Source: Rickettsiales bacterium (GTDB lineage Bacteria; Pseudomonadota; Alphaproteobacteria; Rickettsiales; G965195355). Taken from it: a stretch of DNA of 64,000 nt. Shown here piece after piece: positions 38,979 to 47,615 of this stretch. The position numbers were made by a program, and so were the translations under genes. Location: positions 1,880 through 65,879 of the forward strand of contig OZ239627.1 of assembly GCA_965195355.1 (NCBI GenBank), in the 5' to 3' direction. Numbering within the stretch: position 1 is the first letter of the stretch; each line of letters begins with the position of its first letter. Under the pieces are notes generated by a model. The model had not been told where the DNA came from. It was given only the letters and a program-made list of their open reading frames with translations, and did no database searches.

Positions 38979-40088
38979 CTAGCATTTCGTCGCAAGAAAT
39001 ACTGTTGCAACTCCTTTCGGTTGCAATTGCACAGAGCGCACATCCTCAAAACCTACGTCCCATAGCATCTGCTCCACCTCTTCCACGAATGGAAACGCAG
39101 TAATTGAATCAAGCAAATACTGATACGAGTCTCTGTTACCCGCAAAAAGCTGTCCCATTTTTGGTATCAAATTCATGTACATATCTCGTGCTTTTTTGTA
39201 CATCATATTCAGACGCTTCGGAGAATCATCTTGCGAATGAGAAAATTCCAAGCACCCAAATACCCCGCCAGATGAAAGAATTCGATGCGCTTCTCTTAAC
39301 GCCACAGTTCGATTCGGAACATTCCTCAAGCCAAATGCAATCGTATACAGATCATATGATCCATCTCCAAACGGAAGATGTTCAGCATTTGCAACAACAA
39401 ATTTCAAATTCTGATCTCGAATTCCTGATAATGACACAGATTCTGTATCACGAACTTGCTTGTGATCTGCGCCAAAAGATTTCATCGAATATTGCTGTAT
39501 CAAACCTTGATCAATCATCAGATCTCTACCTCGATCCAACATCTCATAATTTATGTCAAGCATCACGGCCAGTAACCCAGGCATTTTCTTGAGAAAGCGC
39601 TTCGTTATATCACCAGAACCAGCAGCAACGTCAAGTAATTGCACATGACACTGGTGCTGATTCATATGTTTGTGCTGATGATCACACTGATGCAAAGAAG
39701 TCAGGTGCGGATTCCGATGTAGATATGATTTCTCAAGAACTGACGCAACTTGAGATTGCATTGCAATATCCGCACCAGACATTTCAGAATGACTCTTTGC
39801 CAGAATTTCATTCTGCTGATCAACAGATGAATAATTTCGCGGCATTTCTATTGAATGTTTATGGTTCTCAAATTGATGCTGCACTAGGTAATGCTGAGAA
39901 ATTGAATGATGATCTCCATGAGTTTGATGTTTTGTCTCATCTGCCAACACCTCTTTATATCTCTCAAGTACAAGTTCAACAAATTTGTCTTTCCAAAGGC
40001 GATGCAACCCCAGACTCATAATATCATTCATGAAATCATATTTGCTCGCCACGCGAGTAAACACATTATTAATAAATTTCTGGTCCAT
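38979..40088 (-). CDS. ubiE: Ubiquinone/menaquinone biosynthesis C-methyltransferase UbiE with a large internal insertion
   Basis: Contains FTRVASKYDFMNDIMSLGLHRLWK, LLDVAAGSGDIT, AEHLPF, YTIAFGLRNV and EFS. The 369-aa length is explained by a ~100-aa His/Gln-rich insert before motif I. Confidence 0.85.
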   Translation of the reverse strand: MDQKFINNVFTRVASKYDFMNDIMSLGLHRLWKDKFVELVLERYKEVLADETKHQTHGDHHSISQHYLVQHQFENHKHSIEMPRNYSSVDQQNEILAKSHSEMSGADIAMQSQVASVLEKSYLHRNPHLTSLHQCDHQHKHMNQHQCHVQLLDVAAGSGDITKRFLKKMPGLLAVMLDINYEMLDRGRDLMIDQGLIQQYSMKSFGADHKQVRDTESVSLSGIRDQNLKFVVANAEHLPFGDGSYDLYTIAFGLRNVPNRTVALREAHRILSSGGVFGCLEFSHSQDDSPKRLNMMYKKARDMYMNLIPKMGQLFAGNRDSYQYLLDSITAFPFVEEVEQMLWDVGFEDVRSVQLQPKGVATVFLATKC

Positions 40089-40149
40089 TTACTCATGCGG
40101 AAACACATGTATTCTAACCCGTATTGAATATGAATCTAGGTAGAGAATT

Positions 40150-41565
40150 ATGGCAAAGACTATAGCAGTTGCATATGGAGATGGTATTGGCGCAGAAATC
40201 ACGGATTCCACATTAAAGATCATAGGATATGCAAACGCTGGTATACAAGCTGAGTATGTCGAATTGGGACATGAGGCATACAAAAAAGGATATGAATCTG
40301 GTGTACCAGATTACTCTATTGACACAATGAAACGAACTGGAGTGCTACTCAAAGGACCGATCATGACACCACAAGGTGGTGGATATAAAAGCGTAAATGT
40401 CACTTTGAGAAAAATGTTTGATATGTATATCAATGTAAGGAGATGTAAATCTTATCCATTCGTGCAGTCTTTGCATCAGGGTGTAGATATGGTGATTGTG
40501 AGGGAGAATTCTGAAGATCTGTATTGTGGTATCGAGTATGAAATGCACGAAGGGTATATGTGCGCAATGAAATTCATCTCTAGATCAGCATCAGAGCGCA
40601 TATGCAGATTCGCATTTGAGTATGCAAAACGCAATAATCGTCGCAAGGTAACATGCATCACGAAAGATAATATCTTAAAAAAGACCGATGGATTGTTTCA
40701 TAACGTGTTTGACGAAATTGCGAAGGAATATCCTGAAATCGTCGCAAATCATTACATAGTCGACATTGGAGCCGCACATATTGCAGCAAATCCAGGTATT
40801 GTTGATGTCGTAGTGACTCAGAACCTATACGGAGACATACTTTCTGATATTGCGGCTCAAGTCACTGGATCTGTTGGTATGGGCAGTAGCTTAAATATAG
40901 GATCAGAGATAGCAATGTTTGAAGCAGTTCATGGATCTGCTCCCGACATTGCTGGCAAAGGCATAGCAAATCCTTCTGGTTTACTTAGTGCAGCTATTGA
41001 AATGTTGATATATCTACAAGAGCGAGAAGCAGCGCAACGTATTTATTCTGCATGGATAGACACGCTCAATGATGGATTGCATACGGGAGATATATTCAGA
41101 GCGAATTTCAGTCAGCAACGTTGTACCACTCAAGAATTTACAGATGCAATCATTTCTAGAATGACTCATCAAACAAAAGTGATCGTTGGATATAATAACA
41201 ATTTACCTAAGGCGCAATCACCAATTGCAACTAGTTCTGATAAAACCAATAAGACTATAGGAATAGATATATATATACATTGGAATGATACACTCGGATC
41301 ACTTCTTGTGCCGCTACAGCAAATACAATGCAATCTAAAATTACGCAAAATATCCAAAGAAGGCTGCGAAGTATCACCTGATAATGATTCTATAATCCGC
41401 GGTATCTTATGTTGCAGCGTAGCACCTACAAATCTAGGAGATGCAATAACGGATCTAGACATAGAAACGCTCATTATCCAGTTACACAAACAAAGTATAA
41501 AGTTCACTGGCATTATGAAGATTATGTATAGTCATACAGATACAGAATCTAATATTGATGAGTAA
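40150..41565 (+). CDS. icd: NADP-dependent isocitrate dehydrogenase (long form with C-terminal extension)
   Basis: Contains IAVAYGDGIGAEI, VRENSEDLY, NLYGDILSD and HGSAPDIAGKGIANP. Confidence 0.9.
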   Translation: MAKTIAVAYGDGIGAEITDSTLKIIGYANAGIQAEYVELGHEAYKKGYESGVPDYSIDTMKRTGVLLKGPIMTPQGGGYKSVNVTLRKMFDMYINVRRCKSYPFVQSLHQGVDMVIVRENSEDLYCGIEYEMHEGYMCAMKFISRSASERICRFAFEYAKRNNRRKVTCITKDNILKKTDGLFHNVFDEIAKEYPEIVANHYIVDIGAAHIAANPGIVDVVVTQNLYGDILSDIAAQVTGSVGMGSSLNIGSEIAMFEAVHGSAPDIAGKGIANPSGLLSAAIEMLIYLQEREAAQRIYSAWIDTLNDGLHTGDIFRANFSQQRCTTQEFTDAIISRMTHQTKVIVGYNNNLPKAQSPIATSSDKTNKTIGIDIYIHWNDTLGSLLVPLQQIQCNLKLRKISKEGCEVSPDNDSIIRGILCCSVAPTNLGDAITDLDIETLIIQLHKQSIKFTGIMKIMYSHTDTESNIDE

Positions 41566-42184
41566 GCCCTCGCCCCATTACAATATAATCTGCTCCATTT
41601 TCCTCCGCTTCTTCTGGAGTTGCAGTTCTTTTTTGATCATGTGTGATAGCACCCTTGGGGCGAATACCTGGCACTACAGTTAAGAATTCTGAGTTTGTTG
41701 TATCTTTAATTATTGTTATATCATCACATGCACATACAATTCCTGACAACTTCCATTTGTATCCATGCGCCGCCATTTCAATAGGATTCAAATCACCAGA
41801 TATCTCGTCTCTACTATCCAAACTAGTGAGTTTAGTCACTCCTATTAAAAGAAGCTCATTCTCTATGATCTCTACAGATGCCTTCATCATCTCTTCACCG
41901 CCTGCAATATGAATTGTTGTCATTTTGATATTACAATCCTTAATACGCTCTTTGATGAGCTTGAGAGTCTTCTTAACAGTATTCGGTATATCATGCAACT
42001 TTAGATCCAGAAATATATCCGCACCCAGATCTGCAATAGCTTTCACTCCTTCGAATCCCTGTGCAACAAAAAACTCAAGACCAAGCTTTATCATGCAAGT
42101 ATCTTTAAATTTCTTTGTTAAAATCTTGGCTTGTTCTAAATCTGCAATATCAACTGCACATATAATCTCTACCATATTTTCCAC
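41549..42184 (-). CDS. pyrF: Orotidine 5'-phosphate decarboxylase
   Basis: Contains IICAVD, FLDLKLHDIPNTV, TIHIAGG and PGIR......DQ.R..TP. Confidence 0.87.
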   Translation of the reverse strand: MENMVEIICAVDIADLEQAKILTKKFKDTCMIKLGLEFFVAQGFEGVKAIADLGADIFLDLKLHDIPNTVKKTLKLIKERIKDCNIKMTTIHIAGGEEMMKASVEIIENELLLIGVTKLTSLDSRDEISGDLNPIEMAAHGYKWKLSGIVCACDDITIIKDTTNSEFLTVVPGIRPKGAITHDQKRTATPEEAEENGADYIVMGRGLTHQY

Positions 42185-42357
42185 CAGGGCTTTTTCTCAC
42201 TATCATTATAATTATTATTGTAATCACTCTCTTGTCTTCTTCTGCGATCTTCTTCTCTTTCTCTCCTCAATCTTTCCTGTTCTTCCTGTCTTCTTAATTC
42301 TTCCTCGCGCCTTCTCTGATCATCATCGCCCCATGTCTTTATGCTCTCTTGAATCAT
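42169..42357 (-). CDS. Hypothetical highly charged Arg/Glu-rich mini-protein
   Basis: A 62-aa ORF (..DDDQRRREEELRRQEEQERLRREREEDRRRRQE..PWWKIW) that overlaps the pyrF start by 16 nt. Coding status is uncertain. Confidence 0.3.
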   Translation of the reverse strand: MIQESIKTWGDDDQRRREEELRRQEEQERLRREREEDRRRRQESDYNNNYNDSEKKPWWKIW

Positions 42358-42454
42358 GTAATACCGAAATCCGCATTGTATTAAAACGATCTTATAAATT
42401 CCAGTGCCATTTTATACTTCCATATGATCTTGTATCATCATATAATCACACATT

Positions 42455-43825
42455 ATGGACATATCTAAGAAATATCACATAGTGGGCATAGGTGGCATTG
42501 GCATGAGTGCTTATGCAAAAGTAATGCATGGACTAGGCATTAAAGTACAAGGCTCTGACATGTCAGAGAATGCGAATGTATCTAAGCTCAGGGATATTGG
42601 TATTTCTGTATATACTCCCCAATCTGATACAAATATCGACACAAGCGTTGATATAGTGGTGCGCTCAACTGCAGTGCCAGATTCCAATTCAGAGATATTG
42701 GAATCAAAGAAACTTGGAATTCCAGTGTGGGATCGTGCAACTCTGCTTGCAGAATTAATGCGACTCAAAAAATGTATTGCGATCTCGGGAACACATGGAA
42801 AAACCACTACCACTGGATTTATATATGCCGCACTCCAAACAATGAATCCGAGTTTATTGAATGGAGGAATACTCAAAGACATTGATAGCAATGCAAAATT
42901 CGATTCTGGAGATTGGATGATAGTTGAAGCAGATGAATCTGATGGAACGTTTAATAAATTGCATTATCAAGCTGCAATATTGACCAACATAGATGATGAT
43001 CATCTATCAACTTACAGTGACAGTTTTGATGTATTGAGGTCCGAATGCCAGAAATACTTGAATCAAGTGCCTAATGATGGATTTGCAATAGCATGTCTTG
43101 ATTGTGATGCTATTAAATCAAGAATCTCTCTTCATTCTCATGCTCTCACATACAGCATCAATGATACTGATGCAGATTTCTATGCTCAGAATATACAAAG
43201 AGATGGATTCGGGATGAAATTTGAATGCACACATGATGGCAAATCCCTTGGGAATTTTACCATCAAGTTACCAGGACTTTACAATGTGTCCAATGCAATC
43301 GCGGCAATTGCTACTGGAGTGCGAATGAATATCCCAATAAATAATATCAAGCAAGGAATTGCACATTTCTCTGGAATCAAACGCAGATTTGAGACAATCC
43401 GCCAGATAGAGCATATCACCATTGTACATGATTATGCTCATCATCCCACTGAAACACGAAGTGCAATTGATGCTGCTCATGCGATTGTAGGAACAAATAA
43501 TGTGATTTCCATAATCCAACCACACAGATATAGCCGATTAAAGCAATTTGCTCGAGCTTTTACATCCATGAATCCAGGACGTAACATTCTTACAAATGTA
43601 TTCCCAGCAGGAGAAAGCCCGGAGCAAGGATGGACACTCAATGATATGCTGCGCAATCTCACTACAAGTGAATTGCGCAATTCTTATCTTGCACCCAGCA
43701 TTGAAGATTGCAATAAGGCTATAAATCACATCCTCAAAGAGATTCCAAAAGATCAACAAATCATCATTCTCTTGATGGGTGCGGGAGACATTGTGAATTG
43801 GGCCAAGAAACTTGAGCTTCATTGA
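42455..43825 (+). CDS. murC: UDP-N-acetylmuramate--L-alanine ligase
   Basis: Contains HIVGIGGIGMSAYA, ISGTHGKTTTT, EADESDG and HDYAHHP. Confidence 0.94.
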   Translation: MDISKKYHIVGIGGIGMSAYAKVMHGLGIKVQGSDMSENANVSKLRDIGISVYTPQSDTNIDTSVDIVVRSTAVPDSNSEILESKKLGIPVWDRATLLAELMRLKKCIAISGTHGKTTTTGFIYAALQTMNPSLLNGGILKDIDSNAKFDSGDWMIVEADESDGTFNKLHYQAAILTNIDDDHLSTYSDSFDVLRSECQKYLNQVPNDGFAIACLDCDAIKSRISLHSHALTYSINDTDADFYAQNIQRDGFGMKFECTHDGKSLGNFTIKLPGLYNVSNAIAAIATGVRMNIPINNIKQGIAHFSGIKRRFETIRQIEHITIVHDYAHHPTETRSAIDAAHAIVGTNNVISIIQPHRYSRLKQFARAFTSMNPGRNILTNVFPAGESPEQGWTLNDMLRNLTTSELRNSYLAPSIEDCNKAINHILKEIPKDQQIIILLMGAGDIVNWAKKLELH

Positions 43826-43891
43826 TTTCACCTCCCGGCAATGCACTTTCATCATGAACGGGATTCATGTATGCGATCTGTACTGTATCAT

Positions 43892-44113
43892 TCACGAGTG
43901 CCGATTGTGTAGGACATAAACACCTGCATTAACATCTCTCATTCCCGAATCACTGAATGATCTGGGTTGGTTGTGAGCATGATATTCGTCATGTTGCTTT
44001 TCAGCGAGTTGCAATTTCTCTGCGATAGACGATTCATGTGGCACATTCGAATCATCCTGAGAAACCTGATATTGTCTTGACTTGCTAGAGAGCATAGATC
44101 TTATTGTATTCAT
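43892..44113 (-). CDS. Hypothetical small protein
   Basis: A 73-aa ORF only. Confidence 0.3.
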   Translation of the reverse strand: MNTIRSMLSSKSRQYQVSQDDSNVPHESSIAEKLQLAEKQHDEYHAHNQPRSFSDSGMRDVNAGVYVLHNRHS

Positions 44114-44191
44114 CTTTAAATAAGTTAAATGTCATTCCATTGTATCCAAATCTTATTATTCAATTATTAATAATATATAACCTGGTATCAT

Positions 44192-45379
44192 ATGTCCGCT
44201 TTTTTCAAATCTCTGTTCAGTAAAAACTCTCCGTTTCCTGGATATCACACATTTTCACCATTTTGCGGTGGTTCATCTCTCACATCTCTCAGCGCAAAAA
44301 CAATTCAGGAATGTGGAAACAATCCAATTGCATATCGCTGCATGGATATGATCTGCTCTTCTGTAGCATCTCTTTATATTGTACTTGAGAGATTCAATCA
44401 ATGTGGAAGATATAGGCTCAATTGCAAGCATCCAATCATAGATGTAATGGCGCATCCAAACATGTATATGTCCGGTCATGAATTCTTATATGGAATCACA
44501 AAATCACTAATGGAATATGGCAATGCTTTCGTACGAGTGGTGCGAGACAGTGATGGAGTGCCTACTGAATTATATTCACTACCAGCAAATCAAGTTGAAA
44601 TCACCTTCAATAAACGAAATTATCCCGATTCATATAAATATCAAGCAGGTGGAAAAACACATGTTTTCAAGATTCATCCAATTAGTGGCCAATGCGACAT
44701 CACACATATCAAAAATGGATCATCCTCAAATATATTCCTGGGACAAGGAGCATTGCAGATCGCTGCTCCAGCAATCAGACAATATAATGCCATCTCAGAA
44801 TGGAATCATTCGTATATTGAGAATGGAGCCAAACCCAGTGGCATGCTGATCATGGAAGGAGGAAAAAACCTCTCCGAAGAGCAATATCAGAGAGTGAAGC
44901 ATCAAATTGAAACTTCTTTCACTGGAGCATCTAATGCGGGACGTCCGATGTTACTTGAAGGTGGTCTTAAGTGGCAAGAAATGAAAAATGCATCTCATGC
45001 AGAAACTTGTTACGTTGAAAATATAAGGATTCAAACTCGAAACATAGCAATAGCATTCGGAGTACCGCCATCTCTGATTTCAACAGATGAAGCTAAATAC
45101 TCAAATTTCTTAGAATCCAAGGTTGCATTTTTAGAAAGAACAGTTCTGCCAATTGCTGATAATATACTCGGACACTTGAGTAGGTGCTTCGAAGGATTAT
45201 TTGATGATGATCTCACAATCACTTATGATAAATCAAAGATCGGAGAGTTCTCTGAGCAGAAATACAAGCTGCTGGAGTATATCAAGAATGCAGATTTTAT
45301 GACTAGAGAGGAAAAGCGCGATCTCTTCAATTTGGATGATTACGTAAAAGAATCTACATCTGGAACTATCGAGACTTAA
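44192..45379 (+). CDS. Phage/GTA portal protein, HK97 family
   Basis: Size (395 aa) and motifs typical of HK97-family portals: NP.AYRC......S.ASL, GNAFV, F.G..NAGRPMLLEGGLKWQ and NIAIAFGVPP.L. Confidence 0.85.
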   Translation: MSAFFKSLFSKNSPFPGYHTFSPFCGGSSLTSLSAKTIQECGNNPIAYRCMDMICSSVASLYIVLERFNQCGRYRLNCKHPIIDVMAHPNMYMSGHEFLYGITKSLMEYGNAFVRVVRDSDGVPTELYSLPANQVEITFNKRNYPDSYKYQAGGKTHVFKIHPISGQCDITHIKNGSSSNIFLGQGALQIAAPAIRQYNAISEWNHSYIENGAKPSGMLIMEGGKNLSEEQYQRVKHQIETSFTGASNAGRPMLLEGGLKWQEMKNASHAETCYVENIRIQTRNIAIAFGVPPSLISTDEAKYSNFLESKVAFLERTVLPIADNILGHLSRCFEGLFDDDLTITYDKSKIGEFSEQKYKLLEYIKNADFMTREEKRDLFNLDDYVKESTSGTIET

Positions 45380-45564
45380 TAGCGCAGAGAAGAAAAGAAA
45401 TCTCTAATTTTCCAGACAAACGGAGTAAAGCAACATATCAATCCATGATCTGCATTGACAGATCCTTGATCTGTAGAACCATAATCACCCATAAGAAACA
45501 AACAAGATTACAACATTAGATCACTAGGATCTTTCCGAGTTCTTAAATTCCTATAATGATGTCA

Positions 45565-45873
45565 TCATCTTGATGTCTCATTACTACAATGAAATATCGT
45601 CATAAAGCATTTGAGAACAGGGCTTAAACAACAACTATTTGGTGCTTCATAAGTAGGTGGGTATTCGTATTCAGGTGGTAACCCCCCCATTCTCTCATTC
45701 TCAAAAGGATTGTGGAATACCCTTCCTGGGGCACCAGGATTATAATCACTTCCTACATAATCCTGCATAGGAATAGGGGATTTCTCAGCTCCATCTATCA
45801 AACCATACCTTGTTGATTGCGCTTGATTGCGACGACGCCGGAATGCATTTCTCAATTTATTACATAATCCCAT
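45565..45873 (-). CDS. Hypothetical small protein with MGLC N-terminus, tandem PPxY motifs and Cys-rich tail
   Basis: A 102-aa ORF. PPEYEYPPTY is encoded at nt 45649-45678. A G7 run (C7 on the + strand, 45682-45688) lies inside the ORF. Confidence 0.45.
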   Translation of the reverse strand: MGLCNKLRNAFRRRRNQAQSTRYGLIDGAEKSPIPMQDYVGSDYNPGAPGRVFHNPFENERMGGLPPEYEYPPTYEAPNSCCLSPVLKCFMTIFHCSNETSR

Positions 45874-45924
45874 AATTCTTATAATTAAAATCTATAATAC
45901 ATATTATACTAATACGGTAAACAT

Positions 45925-46458
45925 ATGCAAACCTCTAACTTGAATTTCTCATTCGAAATGAAAACCCTAAATCGACAAGGAATCTGCGCTGGGTATGCCA
46001 GTGTCTTTAATAACGTCGATGACAATGGAGACATTGTGTGTCCAGGTGCATTCTCTCGATCAATTAACGCTCATAACAATGGAATCAGAGAGATCAAAGT
46101 ATTATGGCAACATAAAATGGATGAACCAATAGGAAAGGTGCTACTAATGCATGAAAATGAGCGCGGTCTCTTCGTTGTATTTGAATTATCTCTCAGTACA
46201 ATCAGAGGTAAAGAGGCATATGACCTATTGAAAGATAATGTCATAAATGGATTATCCATTGGTTTTAGATTAGATAAATACGATATCTCACAGAAACAGA
46301 AAGCAAGATTAATAAAAGAAGTGCGATTACTGGAAATAAGCCTAGTCACAATACCCGCGAATTCAGAAGCACGAATCACAGATATAAAGACAATACAAGA
46401 CAATCTAGGAGATGTGACTAGTGTTATTAGAAGAGCAAGGAAAGTGATTTCATCTTAG
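45925..46458 (+). CDS. HK97-family phage/GTA prohead protease
   Basis: GYASVFNNVDDNGDIVCPGAF, VLWQH....PIGK, GLSIGF and E.SLVT.PAN are typical of the family. Confidence 0.85.
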   Translation: MQTSNLNFSFEMKTLNRQGICAGYASVFNNVDDNGDIVCPGAFSRSINAHNNGIREIKVLWQHKMDEPIGKVLLMHENERGLFVVFELSLSTIRGKEAYDLLKDNVINGLSIGFRLDKYDISQKQKARLIKEVRLLEISLVTIPANSEARITDIKTIQDNLGDVTSVIRRARKVISS

Positions 46459-46485
46459 CAATTTAACATACATTTAAGCTCAATC

Positions 46486-47349
46486 ATGTATAAATTCCTA
46501 GGATATAGCAATGTTATGGAATTAATCTCTGGGAAACGTGAAAACGATTACGTACTTTCGTGTCATTATTCAAGTGGAAATTTTTATATAGATAATCTCA
46601 ATGACAAGTTATCTAAATTACTCGGTAAATCTCCCGATTCATTGTTAGGCATGAAAATAAACAACATCTTGAATTCTGATGTGAATTCAAGATTATGCGA
46701 AATAGAACATGAGCATGAAATAACAAAGTTATCATCCGTCAGTGGATTTGGAGTAATAAATTCTTGCAATAATGATGTAAAGCTGGAATGCAAAGTATTT
46801 CCTGTTGTCCCATCCGAAAATGGCAATAGATATGAATTGCTAATGCGAGATGCTAGTCTCTTTAAGAAATTGGAGCAATTTCGATCCGAGAAACATCCCA
46901 ATACAAAATACTCTAATGATTCAGAAATCTGCTTAATATGCGAACAGGATACAAAATCAGAGATAAAAATCCTGTATGATTTTGCATCCGCATATGAAGC
47001 ACAAATTTCATTCGTCATTATCACTGCACAATCTACTAACACACAAAAATGCATCAGGAGAATAGGAGATTCTATCACAAATAATGTTAGAAGCACTGAC
47101 TTTGTCGGATACCTGGGCAATGATAGTATTATAATATGCTTATTAGATTGTAAATCTGGATTTGTACATGTTGCTGCAAATAGATTGCATGATATTGCAA
47201 TATCACAAGGAGAATCATATGGTCATAGTGTGACAATCAATACAAAATATTGTACGATCTCAAAGTTTGATAACTATCAAGATATGATCACTGAGATTAA
47301 TCGAGTAGTAATGAGAGATACTCGTAACTCAGGTGTAAGTAGTATATGA
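46486..47349 (+). CDS. PAS-like + degenerate GGDEF domain protein (predicted non-catalytic)
   Basis: The N-terminus is PAS-like (FYIDNLNDKLSKLLGKSPDSLLG...YELLMRD). The C-terminal half follows the GGDEF-fold pattern, but the signature reads YLGNDS instead of GGDEF (VRSTDFVGYLGNDSIIICLL). Confidence 0.5.
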   Translation: MYKFLGYSNVMELISGKRENDYVLSCHYSSGNFYIDNLNDKLSKLLGKSPDSLLGMKINNILNSDVNSRLCEIEHEHEITKLSSVSGFGVINSCNNDVKLECKVFPVVPSENGNRYELLMRDASLFKKLEQFRSEKHPNTKYSNDSEICLICEQDTKSEIKILYDFASAYEAQISFVIITAQSTNTQKCIRRIGDSITNNVRSTDFVGYLGNDSIIICLLDCKSGFVHVAANRLHDIAISQGESYGHSVTINTKYCTISKFDNYQDMITEINRVVMRDTRNSGVSSI

Positions 47350-47615
47350 TATACATCAAATATGTGCGAATTGTGATGTATGTATGTATATTCTATGTGA
47401 TGTACGAGACCGTAACATCAGTGGTATACTTCCATAGAATTAACAACACGTATGTCACATATAACCATACACTAGAGCATCTTCATGATAACAATGAGCA
47501 CAATGTGTTTATCATGCATAATACCTCAAGATTGCGAGAATTAATACGGAAATACCTCGGTAAATCGTTCAAACATGAATATGTGCTATATCTACCACAG
47601 AAAATGGGTTCATAA
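47346..47615 (+). CDS. Hypothetical small protein, translationally coupled (ATGA overlap)
   Basis: An 89-aa ORF with a hydrophobic N-terminus. It overlaps its upstream neighbour by 4 nt and its downstream neighbour by 1 nt. Confidence 0.35.
   Translation: MIYIKYVRIVMYVCIFYVMYETVTSVVYFHRINNTYVTYNHTLEHLHDNNEHNVFIMHNTSRLRELIRKYLGKSFKHEYVLYLPQKMGS

Larger units (their letters stand above)
44192..46458 (+). mobile_element. GTA-like / HK97-type head-module remnant (portal + prohead protease only)
   Basis: Portal and prohead-protease ORFs are present. No terminase, capsid or tail genes are adjacent, and an unrelated antisense ORF lies between the two. Confidence 0.55.

Noticed and set aside
39104-40021. 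Two + strand ORFs (162 and 98 aa) antisense to ubiE, including the region of the His/Gln-rich insert.
   Set aside because: They are explained as shadows of the ubiE frame, which has conserved motifs on both sides of the insert. There is no independent support.
41925-42482. A 185-aa + strand ORF spanning the pyrF start and the pyrF-murC spacer.
   Set aside because: It is mostly antisense to pyrF and to the Arg/Glu mini-ORF. The Ser/Phe/Leu-rich translation lacks features of a real protein.
46584-47120. A 178-aa ORF antisense to the PAS/GGDEF-like gene.
   Set aside because: The sense frame shows a domain-like pattern and translational coupling to downstream ORFs. The antisense frame has none.
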